Shown: piece after piece, positions 10,361-19,364 of the stretch | Numbering within the stretch: position 1 is the stretch's first letter | Layout: each line of letters starts with the position of its first letter | Source of the DNA: Candidatus Bathyarchaeia archaeon | Lineage (GTDB): Archaea > Thermoproteota > Bathyarchaeia > 40CM-2-53-6 | DNA length: 64,000 nucleotides | Direction of reading: 5' to 3' | Assembly (NCBI GenBank): GCA_050013255.1 | Contig: JBEKFP010000002.1 | Coordinates: 64,001-128,000, forward strand | Notes under the pieces: generated by a model | Seen by the model: the letters and a program-made list of their open reading frames with translations, nothing else | The model's database searches: none | What the model was told of the DNA's origin: nothing | Translations under genes and position numbers: made by a program

Positions 10361-11041
10361 TTGAAGATAAATGAGGCCTGCGCAACACAGGAAACCAGAG
10401 AAGAGGATACGGCACAGGGCCAATTATGCAGTGTATGGAGGGTCGGGTTGCAATTGAGGCGTGACGCTATCTTGTTGAGAGCCGGCTATGCGACTGCCGT
10501 GGCCTTGGGTGCTGGAACCTACTTGATTGGCTTAGGATTAACGGCCACGGTGGGAGTGGTTGTTGCCGCGGTTCTACTGACTCGCAGTGCCATATACCTC
10601 CACTACGAACGCTACCTCGCCTTCAGGAGCTTCGAGGATTTCGCATCTGGCAAGATACGGCACGAATGCATTGCATGCGGCGCCTCTTGCCATTTGAAAG
10701 TTAATCTTGGAAAAGACGATGTGGAAAGGCTACTAAGATACGCAAAGGAGAACGGTATTCAGGACACAATTATCGAGACACATGGGAAAAACTACTGGTT
10801 GAAAAGAAAACGATCAGGCGCATGCGTCTTCCTGACCTACGTAGATAACCTGCCTCGCTGCTCAATTTACACAATACGGCCCACCGCTTGCAGGCTTTAC
10901 CCCTTGATACCTTCAGGAGCACGGCTGAAGGTTGACCCCCTATGCCCCGGCTTGAGCAAGGATCGTGGGCACACTTTCAAGGAACATCTCATAATCCAGG
11001 AAGTTGGCTCATACGTAAGGAAGGTAATAGGTAAAATCTAG
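10361..11041 (+). CDS. YkgJ/CxxCxxCC-family cysteine cluster protein with N-terminal TM
   Basis: CIACGASC, GACVFL, CSIYTIRPTACRLYP, CPG; true start probably downstream. Confidence 0.8.
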   Translation: MKINEACATQETREEDTAQGQLCSVWRVGLQLRRDAILLRAGYATAVALGAGTYLIGLGLTATVGVVVAAVLLTRSAIYLHYERYLAFRSFEDFASGKIRHECIACGASCHLKVNLGKDDVERLLRYAKENGIQDTIIETHGKNYWLKRKRSGACVFLTYVDNLPRCSIYTIRPTACRLYPLIPSGARLKVDPLCPGLSKDRGHTFKEHLIIQEVGSYVRKVIGKI

Positions 11042-11117
11042 CCTTAAGATGGTCTGACGTTTTTCGCTCAAAGGTATATTTGCAGGAACGAAGCAGTAGC
11101 CGCCGGGGACGGACCGT

Positions 11118-12095
11118 TTGACGCGTAGCTCAAGAATTCAAGTTTCCAGAATCGCCGTCTACTGGGCTGTCCTAACCTTTGCACTTGCGCTGTTTTGGTC
11201 AGTGTTACTTAACATGCTGCAATTGACGGGGATTGGACCCGCCGCAAGCCTCGCCGTTCCCGCTGCCCTCGGAGGCATCCTGGCCGTCTACATATACTTC
11301 TTCCGTGTACAGCAAACGCTCGAATACGATGACAATGGATATTCAATAAGTAAGGGTAGGAAAGAGGGGCAGAAACATTCATGGTCCGAACTTAGGGAAT
11401 GTTCAGTCATTCGAGACAGTTATGGGCGACACAAAGTGCGTGTCTATGTTGAAAGAGATGGACAGCATTTCGATATAGATTCCAAGGCGTCTGGTGTAGA
11501 CCCGTTCACCCTCAGGGACTACATCCTAGGTCGCATCAAAGCCAAAGAAGCTAGCACTTCTGAACCAGACGTGTTTGATGGCCTTGAGCGGGAGATTCAG
11601 CGCGGCCGAGCAAATTGGATTGCTGATCTTAGCGAGACATTCAGATTCTATCAGGTCTCAGGCGACATCTTTCCGGTGATGGCTCGGGGGAGCACACGCC
11701 CGAAGGGTTTTCTCCTTTCCCGGTTCGTAGCCGTTACGCTAATGCCGAATTACGAAGTCGCACTATACGCCCATGAGGTCGGTGACTCGGAAGGCGCGAA
11801 AACCCGGGTCACGCGCCTGGTCCGTGTTATCGAGAACCTTCGTGACGAGAAGAACATCAAGTGGTCTTGGCTGCTGCTCTTCAACGATGGAGCGCCACCA
11901 TCCTCGGTCGCTAGTTTCATCGAGGAATTCGGCAACAAAGACGTAGGGATAGGCTGTATAGACACCAGCACAGGCCGCATAACAATTAGCAAGAATCAGT
12001 TGGGCGTTAGCCTTGCGAAGCAGATGAGGCTAAACCAACTAATCAGAGACTTGAAGAAACGCCGTGCTCGGCGCCAAACAATCCAAGCCGGCTAG
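11118..12095 (+). CDS. Hypothetical membrane-anchored protein
   Basis: 325-aa ORF; 2 N-terminal TM then soluble domains. Confidence 0.65.
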   Translation: MTRSSRIQVSRIAVYWAVLTFALALFWSVLLNMLQLTGIGPAASLAVPAALGGILAVYIYFFRVQQTLEYDDNGYSISKGRKEGQKHSWSELRECSVIRDSYGRHKVRVYVERDGQHFDIDSKASGVDPFTLRDYILGRIKAKEASTSEPDVFDGLEREIQRGRANWIADLSETFRFYQVSGDIFPVMARGSTRPKGFLLSRFVAVTLMPNYEVALYAHEVGDSEGAKTRVTRLVRVIENLRDEKNIKWSWLLLFNDGAPPSSVASFIEEFGNKDVGIGCIDTSTGRITISKNQLGVSLAKQMRLNQLIRDLKKRRARRQTIQAG

Positions 12096-13051
12096 CCTTC
12101 GACGCGCTGCAGTCGCTTTATTTTCTCGCCGTCCATCTCGATCAGGTAAGCGCTCAAAATGCCCTCCGTATATTCCGATCCAGGGTTCATGCACTGCGTT
12201 CGACCAATCTTCATCCATCCCCTACATTCGTGGATGTGGCCATGCAACCCAAGCAAGGGTTGGTATTTCTCAATTATGGCACGAACAGATTTTGAACCGA
12301 CTGGTATGTACACGGGCCGTCCACCTTCCATAACCGGCCGGAAATCTTTGTCAAGTTTGGGCGCGTTGTCGATTTGAGATTCGAAGGGAGGACAGTGCAA
12401 GCAGAATAGTGAATTCTTCACGTTCTTGACTTGGGAAACTGTCTTCTCGAGCTTCGACATTAGCTCCTCTTCAGAGCATTCACGCGGGCTATTCCAGGGA
12501 GTCGGGTTCGACCATCCGACACAGGCCGCTTCGTGCTCGCCGTCGAGGGATACAGCGGATTCCTCAGCGAAGGTACAGTACGGGCTGTTCTTGATTACAT
12601 CGTCAAGTTCGAACTTGTCATCGTTGCCAGGATGAATCAGAACCTTGACATCCTTAAGGTCACCAGTGAGCTTCTTCGGGATGAGGTTGAGCCATTCTTT
12701 CAAAGTCTCGCATTCAAGTTTTGCAAATATGTCCTCCACCTTATCTTGGGGGGCCAATTGTAGTTCTTCGAACTGTTTTTCGTCGCATACATAGGGTATG
12801 TAACAGTGTTCTCTAACCTGTTTCTTGAAATTCTCCAGTTCTCCGGCCGGAACGATGTGGGTCTTGTCCATGAAATCAGCCTTGTAGGTTCCGTCCCCTT
12901 GAAGAACTATAGGCGTGAGAACTTTACCAGTGAGGTCTCCGCCCATTATCAACCAGTTTGCTTTGAAAATTTTCGCTGAGTTTAGGAATTTTCGCCAGAC
13001 TTGTTCGTTACCGTGAAAGTCGGATGCGAATACGATCCTTACAGTTGCCAA
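12092..13051 (-). CDS. Icc-related metallophosphoesterase
   Basis: SDFHG, GGDLTGK, PGNDD, HCPP, LHGHIHE, NPGSEY. Confidence 0.88.
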   Translation of the reverse strand: MATVRIVFASDFHGNEQVWRKFLNSAKIFKANWLIMGGDLTGKVLTPIVLQGDGTYKADFMDKTHIVPAGELENFKKQVREHCYIPYVCDEKQFEELQLAPQDKVEDIFAKLECETLKEWLNLIPKKLTGDLKDVKVLIHPGNDDKFELDDVIKNSPYCTFAEESAVSLDGEHEAACVGWSNPTPWNSPRECSEEELMSKLEKTVSQVKNVKNSLFCLHCPPFESQIDNAPKLDKDFRPVMEGGRPVYIPVGSKSVRAIIEKYQPLLGLHGHIHECRGWMKIGRTQCMNPGSEYTEGILSAYLIEMDGEKIKRLQRVEG

Positions 13052-13118
13052 AGAGAACCGGCATTTTAAGGGCTTAGGCTCAGTATTTCAACTTTGGCTG
13101 TGTATGCCGTAATTGGCA

Positions 13119-13910
13119 CTAGTCGCGTTGAACTTCCTCTACCACGTTGTACCATTTGACGGATGGCCCAACTTTGGCACGTAACTTCCATTGAAGCGTC
13201 TTGGGCTGCTTCTCGACCCTGTCCTGGAGCTTATCGATCCGCTCCAACACAATCGCTTTGTCCTGTTTAGTCAAGGGTTCGTATTTTTCCAGAAATTCTC
13301 TTATTTTGCCGCAGTTCACTGAAACTGTGTAGTTGAAGCCCCACTCATTCGCCAGAACTTTAGCGATGTAATCAGCGTTAATCTCTTCCTTGTCGCCTTT
13401 TCCAAGGTCATGCTCTATAAGGAGTATTATCGCGTCTTGGATATCCTTCTCGTTCGTTTGGACGATCTGAAGCTTTTGAAGCAGAAGCTCAGCTAGGGGA
13501 ACTGTTGGCGTGTCCAACTCCAACCGGTCCTTGTAGTCTATTACGTGGCACATCTCAAGTTTGTCCAAGAAAACGTCGATGGCCTTGTTTCCTTCCTTAT
13601 CGTTGAAAATCTGTCTGTGCCTTCCGGTGGCGCCTGTGAGCATGAGCGAGATGTACGGCTCATATCCCAAGTCGACGAAAAGGCTCTTGGTGAGCGGGCG
13701 AAACTTGCTGTAGGTAACGAAATCCATGTCGTGCTTTGGGACCCGTTTGAGCTTTTCGTACAAGTCCTTATGGGCTGGACAGTGCATTCGTATTGCTGCG
13801 CCGCCCAATATTCTCAGAGGGATCTTTCTATCATCAGCTTCGGAAATTATGCGCCGAATTTCTTTCTCAAAATCATTAAAGGTTGCGAATTCACCCAAAC
13901 CGTACCTCAA
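13119..13910 (-). CDS. Nucleotidyltransferase-fold protein
   Basis: LGGAAI...HDMDFV, IDVFLD, LLLQKLQ...KDIQD. Confidence 0.75.
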   Translation of the reverse strand: MRYGLGEFATFNDFEKEIRRIISEADDRKIPLRILGGAAIRMHCPAHKDLYEKLKRVPKHDMDFVTYSKFRPLTKSLFVDLGYEPYISLMLTGATGRHRQIFNDKEGNKAIDVFLDKLEMCHVIDYKDRLELDTPTVPLAELLLQKLQIVQTNEKDIQDAIILLIEHDLGKGDKEEINADYIAKVLANEWGFNYTVSVNCGKIREFLEKYEPLTKQDKAIVLERIDKLQDRVEKQPKTLQWKLRAKVGPSVKWYNVVEEVQRD

Positions 13911-14263
13911 CCTGAACTAAGTCACATTTGTTGTTTCATGAACTGCGGTTTGTGTTTCCACATACCACATGGAGAAGATACCATCAACCGCTATTAAGTT
14001 CATCTACGCACCCCCATAAACTAGTCCGGCAGGCCACACGATTTCTGGCGCTCCTCCAGATATTTTTTTGTGCAAGTTTTGTTAACATCCGATTGTAAAT
14101 CGTTCCGAAAATTTCAGGGACTCCCTTAACGGTTCACGGTTGTATTGTGTTGATGGATTGTCGAGCAGGCACGCATCTTCAACGCAAAACGCAAGGTCTA
14201 GAGGCTCGAACCTTAATTTGACAGGCAGTATGACATCTACTTGTTTTCGTCTCTTGAGGTTAC

Positions 14264-15076
14264 TTGGAAGTGTCCGTTGAGAAACAGAAAGCCCTCACAC
14301 TGTCGTTGACTAGTAGAGTTCTCTCAGAAAATTTGCTGACGAATTACCTATGGGTAATCCCGCTAGGAGCAGGATTCGTCGCTTGGGAACTGGTTACAAG
14401 GCTCAACCTCGTTCCACAAGCAAACCTGCCAACCTTCTCAGGCGTGCTAGGTGTTTTCTTCTTGTCCATTCAAGAGCCGTCGTTCCTGCTTCGCATCGCG
14501 CATAGTTTCCTGACTTTGAGTTGTGGTTTGATGCTAGCCTTCGCGACGGCTTTGCCGATTGCCTTCGTTGCAGGGAGCAAGAACAAATTTGACTTAACGT
14601 TTACGCCGCTAATAATGCTCTTCGGAGCTTTGCCCGACCTATCCTTCCTCCCGCTTTTGGTGCTCTGGTTCGGCGCGGGAAGTGTTGCAGCTATCATAAT
14701 GGCCTCCTTGGCCGGCTTCTTTCCCATATATTTCACCGTGAGAGACGGAACGAGAAATATCCCAAGGGAACTGTTCGAGGTTACATCCGTCTTCAAATCG
14801 AACCGGCTCTCGACCTTTACGAAGATGGTTCTCCCAGCCATATCGCCACATATGTTCAGCGGTCTTAGGCTCGCCTACGATTTCGGTTGGGAAATAATAA
14901 TCGCTATTGAGATTGCGACAAGAGCTGCGGGCGTAGGTAGTTTCATCGAAGGGTCCGTGAGCGGCGGTTCACTCGAAAGCGGGTTCGCGGCGATTCTGGC
15001 GATAGCCCTCGTTGCTGTGGTAGTTGACAGGGTGTTTTTCGGATCATTGGAGTCTTGGGCCAAGAGGTGGGTTTAA
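14264..15076 (+). CDS. NitT/TauT-family ABC permease
   Basis: TM helices; FFPIYF, EAA-like loop, VLPAISP...GLRLA. Confidence 0.85.
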   Translation: MEVSVEKQKALTLSLTSRVLSENLLTNYLWVIPLGAGFVAWELVTRLNLVPQANLPTFSGVLGVFFLSIQEPSFLLRIAHSFLTLSCGLMLAFATALPIAFVAGSKNKFDLTFTPLIMLFGALPDLSFLPLLVLWFGAGSVAAIIMASLAGFFPIYFTVRDGTRNIPRELFEVTSVFKSNRLSTFTKMVLPAISPHMFSGLRLAYDFGWEIIIAIEIATRAAGVGSFIEGSVSGGSLESGFAAILAIALVAVVVDRVFFGSLESWAKRWV

Positions 15077-15987
15077 TGGGGCCGCATGTCGAACTGGAGA
15101 ACGTTAGCAAATTCTATGAAGCGCGTGATAAGACGCACGCGCTCCATGAGGTTAGTTTCGGAATCGACCGCGGCGAATTTGTCAGTATAGTTGGTCCGAG
15201 CGGTTGCGGTAAGTCCACTTTGCTCAAGATCATGGCTGGGATTGATGCCCCAACATCAGGGGAGGTTCGTTTTCAAGGCGGCCCAGTTCGGGGCCCGCAT
15301 GATAAGATTAGCATGGTCTTTCAGGGCTTCGGGCTCTTCCCGTGGAGGACGGTCCTGGAGAATGTCGAATACGGTTTGGAAATGCGCAAAGCGCCGAAGC
15401 CGGACCGTCGAGCCCGTTCCAGGGAATACATAGAGATGGTTGGGCTATCGGGATACGAACACATGTACCCTAAGCAACTCTCTGGGGGGATGAGACAGAG
15501 GGTCGGCATCGCGCGTGCCCTGGCCGTGGAACCTGAAGTAGTCCTCATGGACGAAGCGTTCAGCGCAATCGACGAAGTAACCGCGGATGTTCTACGCGAG
15601 GAAGTTGCCGACATACACAAGGACACTGGAAAAACCTTCGTCCTCGTTACACACAACCTCTCAGAAGCCATTGAACTCGCAGACAAAGTCGTTGTGCTAT
15701 CCTCTCGCCCAGCAAAGGTGAAAAAGATCTTGCCCATCTCGCTTGAACGACCGCGAGATAGGACGCATTCCCTATTCGTCCACATGCACCACGACATACT
15801 ACACTTACTAAAAGAAGAACTGGAGAACACGTTGATTCGACACAAACTGAGAGAAATCAGGGAAGTTCAGTCGCTGCATGACATGGAAGCGCCGAAGAAG
15901 GAGACGCCCGCTCAAGAACACTCAGAGTGTGTCCCGGTAGCTTCATCGCCGACCAAAGCTAATGCACTTCGCGAAGAAACGATTTAA
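15076..15987 (+). CDS. NitT/TauT-family ABC ATPase
   Basis: GPSGCGKS, YPKQLSGGMRQR, LMDEAF, VTHN; TAATG overlap. Confidence 0.92.
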   Translation: MGPHVELENVSKFYEARDKTHALHEVSFGIDRGEFVSIVGPSGCGKSTLLKIMAGIDAPTSGEVRFQGGPVRGPHDKISMVFQGFGLFPWRTVLENVEYGLEMRKAPKPDRRARSREYIEMVGLSGYEHMYPKQLSGGMRQRVGIARALAVEPEVVLMDEAFSAIDEVTADVLREEVADIHKDTGKTFVLVTHNLSEAIELADKVVVLSSRPAKVKKILPISLERPRDRTHSLFVHMHHDILHLLKEELENTLIRHKLREIREVQSLHDMEAPKKETPAQEHSECVPVASSPTKANALREETI

Positions 15988-16260
15988 CTCGGACCCCGTG
16001 CTTAGACCATTCAACTAAACTACGAAACTTGGAGTAGGCAACAAAACCGCGTGCAACCCATGCGTTTGATTTTCTAGATGAGTGCGATTAAGGCCACGAC
16101 CCAAGTCCGCCGAGCCTGGCGGAAGTTGGTCTAATGAGACAGTTGTTTTGACAGTATGGTGAAGATTATGAAGGCCAATAAAATTAGGCCGACAGTTATG
16201 CCGATACGGTTTGGATGCTTTTTCAGGTGGTCTATTATACCCAATTTTTGTCACGCCGGT

Positions 16261-16520
16261 GAATTGGTGGATGGGTCTTAACCCTTTCTGTTGGGTGGCA
16301 ACGCTGGGGAAATTGCACGTTAAAACTTAGGCCTGGGGGTGACGGCTGAGAATTAAGGTGGCCTCCCGGTAAAGAAAGACCCGCAAGGGAAGGCGCAGCA
16401 ACTGCCCGAGCCCTTCTGGGATCTCCACCCGTAAGGTAGTTCATTGTTTTGGTAGCGCGGTCAATAACTAAAACCTGAAAAGTCAGCGGCGGGGCCCAAG
16501 GGTCACAAGGAAACCTAGTT
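16261..16520 (+). ncRNA. Candidate structured non-coding RNA of unknown class
   Basis: Three GNRA-capped hairpins plus nested long-range stems in a 670-bp intergenic gap; see findings. Confidence 0.35.
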
Positions 16521-16660
16521 TGAAGATGCTTCATCTCATTTACGATTCTGGTCCAACCAACTTAAGGCTCGCAGTTCGGGATGCATGTCGCAAGCAGCAA
16601 GACATTGTTTCGGACCTCAAGTAAGGTAACGGATGAAATCTGATTCAAGGAGCGCCCGTC

Positions 16661-18037
16661 TTGAGTAAAGTGGAAGCATCTCCTTCCCCGAACGGAGAGC
16701 TCGAAACCAAGAAACTGAGCAAGTTTCAGGCGCTCGCGGCATTCTCGCCTGATGCTCTAGCTTCAATTGGCTACGCTGACCAGGAGATCTACCTTGGGTT
16801 GGTGATCGCTGGGAGTATAGGGCTAATGTACGCCCTTCCAATCGCGTTTGCGATTACAGGCCTGCTCGCAATATTGGCTCTTTCGTATTACCAAATTATC
16901 CAGAAATATCCAAGCGGCGGAGGTTCCTATGAAGTTGCCCGAAAAACATTGGGCACTGTACCGGGCTTGGTGGCTGCGGCTGCTCTAATTGTCAACTACT
17001 TGCTGAACGTTGCAGTGAGTCTGACAACAGGCGTGGACGCTATTGCATCGGCTTTCCCCCAGCTGTGGCCACACAGAGTAATCCTGTCGCTCATGTTTCT
17101 GGTGGCGATAACACTCCTAAACTTGAGGGGGATGCGTGAAAGCGGGATTGTGATGGCCATCCCCGTCTACATTTTTCTTTTCGCTTACTTGCCCATGCTA
17201 GGTTATGGTGGTCTGCGCCTATCCCTAAGCGGCCCTGCGCCACTTGCCGTTATTGCTCCACGAGCCATTCAGCCTCTAACCATAGCCCTGTTGTTGCATG
17301 CCTTCTCAACTGGATGCACCGCTATGACGGGAGTGGAAGCGATTAGCAACGGCGTCCCATCTTTCCGCTCCCCCGAAACTAAGAACGCTGGCCAGACAAT
17401 GATCGTTATGGCGCTCTTGATGGGGACGTTGTTCCTCGGCAGCATTGGACTCATTCAATCTCTAGCAATAATCGCTGGTCCACAAGAGACGATACTGTCC
17501 GCGTTAGCGCGCTATCTGCTAGGCAGCGGTCCCGCATACTTGATCATCCAAGCCAGCACCACCATAATTCTAACTGTGGGAGCAAATACGAGTTTTGCGG
17601 GCCTGCCCCGGCTCATGAGCGTTATGGCAGGCGATGGCTACCTCCCTAAGCAACTTACTAAGTTGAGTTCGCGTTCAGTTCATTCCAACGGAATCCTGCT
17701 TCTGGCAGGCTCAGCTGCGGTGTTAATTGTATTTTTCTCTGGTAGCAGTCACGCGTTGGTTCCACTGTTTGCTGTGGGGGTTTTTTTGGCTTGGACACTA
17801 TCGCAGACTGGAATGGTGATACATTGGCGGCGCGAACGAAGCAAAAGATGGGGGTTCAAGGCGTTGCTGAACGCTACAGGTGCTCTCGCGACAGGGGTAA
17901 CGTTCGTCATCGTGGGTGCGAGCAAGTTCTTGGACGGAGCCTGGATTGCTATTCTCCTAATCCCCATAATGGTGGCTATCTTTCTCCAAGTTCACAGCCG
18001 CCAGGGGGAGAGGCTCAAGGACACCGTAAGCCTCTGA
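16661..18037 (+). CDS. KimA/YdaO-like K+ transporter (APC), lacking the C-terminal cytoplasmic domain
   Basis: DALASIGY, YPSGGGSY, NLRGMRESG, TGVEAISNG, LVPLFAVGVF, SQTGMVIHW, KFLDGAW. Confidence 0.82.
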   Translation: MSKVEASPSPNGELETKKLSKFQALAAFSPDALASIGYADQEIYLGLVIAGSIGLMYALPIAFAITGLLAILALSYYQIIQKYPSGGGSYEVARKTLGTVPGLVAAAALIVNYLLNVAVSLTTGVDAIASAFPQLWPHRVILSLMFLVAITLLNLRGMRESGIVMAIPVYIFLFAYLPMLGYGGLRLSLSGPAPLAVIAPRAIQPLTIALLLHAFSTGCTAMTGVEAISNGVPSFRSPETKNAGQTMIVMALLMGTLFLGSIGLIQSLAIIAGPQETILSALARYLLGSGPAYLIIQASTTIILTVGANTSFAGLPRLMSVMAGDGYLPKQLTKLSSRSVHSNGILLLAGSAAVLIVFFSGSSHALVPLFAVGVFLAWTLSQTGMVIHWRRERSKRWGFKALLNATGALATGVTFVIVGASKFLDGAWIAILLIPIMVAIFLQVHSRQGERLKDTVSL

Positions 18038-18168
18038 ATGCAAGTTGACCTCGAAGTGCATCACATCGCTTCATGACCGCTGCTGCCAGGTCGGAAAATC
18101 GATCTGAGCCATTCCGAATCCTAAGCTTGGGGAAATCATCATTCAGGGGTTAAGCCATCGAGAAAGGC

Positions 18169-18801
18169 TTGAAAGTTGACTATTTCACATCAAAATCCCA
18201 AATAACAATGGTCCATACTCGTATTCTTAGCGATCGTAGAATGGTCCTGTTCAAGACGACCCTGATCGGCGTATGTATCCTAGTCGCTGGCATGCTGCTG
18301 CTAACAACACTTGGGTCGTACGTGACGGTTGAGGTGCAGCAGGTGCAACACCGCGATGTTGAACCGCACGCCGAATTTCTCGTAGGAGACGTGGCGGACA
18401 GAACCTATACCCTACCAGCCAATGTAGCCGCCTCAGGGTCTGTCGATGTAACCCAGGCACCGACAAACGCGTCCGGTGACATTAGGTTCATGGTTTTTGA
18501 CGACAACGACTACCAGAAGTGGAATTCCGGCCAGCAATCAAACTTCCTGTTCTCAGCCGATAACCAAGGCAAATTCATTTTCAACTTCACAACCACCAAC
18601 ACTGGAGTCTACCATTTTGTCTTTGACAATCGGGCTTCACTGTTCAAGAAGTACATAGTTCTCTCGGTCGGTTACAGCGAGGTCACAATTAGCCACGTTC
18701 CTGACCCACGCGTACCCACCATCGGGTGGGCATTGGCGGTGGTCGGGGGAATCCTTCTAGTTTATGGGTTGGCGAGGAAACCGCCCATTCCATGGGGCTA
18801 G
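18169..18801 (+). CDS. Membrane protein with emp24/GOLD-like domain
   Basis: N- and C-terminal TM; DIRFMVFD...FNFT...GVYHFVFDN. Confidence 0.65.
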   Translation: MKVDYFTSKSQITMVHTRILSDRRMVLFKTTLIGVCILVAGMLLLTTLGSYVTVEVQQVQHRDVEPHAEFLVGDVADRTYTLPANVAASGSVDVTQAPTNASGDIRFMVFDDNDYQKWNSGQQSNFLFSADNQGKFIFNFTTTNTGVYHFVFDNRASLFKKYIVLSVGYSEVTISHVPDPRVPTIGWALAVVGGILLVYGLARKPPIPWG

Positions 18802-18979
18802 GAGTTCTGTTACCCCTTCGTTTGCTGTATTATTTTCAGTGACCTCACTGCTTAATTCTGGGTTCGACGTCAGCTTGCTTAGTCATCAGTTGATGAAGCC
18901 TCGTCAAAGGCGATATGCGGGTTCTAATACCCGAATTAGCCGACGGGGCCGATGGTGAGGTAGGGAGTTGCCTGACCAA

Positions 18980-19309
18980 TTAAGACCACGTCACTTCAAA
19001 TCTTTTGGCTATCTCTTCTCCAAAACGTAGTTCGAGATAGTAAAGAACGTTACAGAGCTTACAACGAACCTCCAAGTCGTGCGTTCTTCTTCTGCCAGTC
19101 GCTATTGCGTGAAGAAAGTCGTACCCGCGCAAATTATGACTCTCCCTTCTCCCGCCTCCACTGCGATGGTTGATTTCCAAAACGCGTGAATCGTCACAAC
19201 CGCAGTTCACACATTTTGGCCCGCCCAATTTGTCGAGTGCTCGCCTTCTGATGTTTGCGCCATATTCAATCTGATACAGCCGTTGTCTTTCTGGGTCTTT
19301 GTATGGCAT
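18980..19309 (-). CDS. Small HNH-like zinc-binding nuclease-fold protein
   Basis: CVNCG...RVLEINH..GGG...LEVRCKLCN, resembling phage-type HNH proteins. Confidence 0.7.
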   Translation of the reverse strand: MPYKDPERQRLYQIEYGANIRRRALDKLGGPKCVNCGCDDSRVLEINHRSGGGRRESHNLRGYDFLHAIATGRRRTHDLEVRCKLCNVLYYLELRFGEEIAKRFEVTWS

Positions 19310-19335
19310 GGTGGTCTTTCATTAGAGTTGAAGTT

Positions 19336-19364
19336 GACACTAAAAGTTTTATGCAGTGTAAAAC
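19336..19364 (-). promoter_or_regulatory. Putative BRE/TATA promoter of the HNH gene, overlapped by a palindrome
   Basis: Minus strand AAAACTTTTAG ~30-40 nt upstream of ATG; GTTTTA-N7-TAAAAC inverted repeat at 19346-19364. Confidence 0.35.

Noticed and set aside
16320-16420. Similarity to SRP RNA, RNase P S-domain or canonical c-di-AMP riboswitch
   Set aside because: Missing SRP helix-8 CAGG/AGCA, RNase P CR-I/CR-V and ydaO GTCAGCTAAC; kept only as unknown RNA candidate
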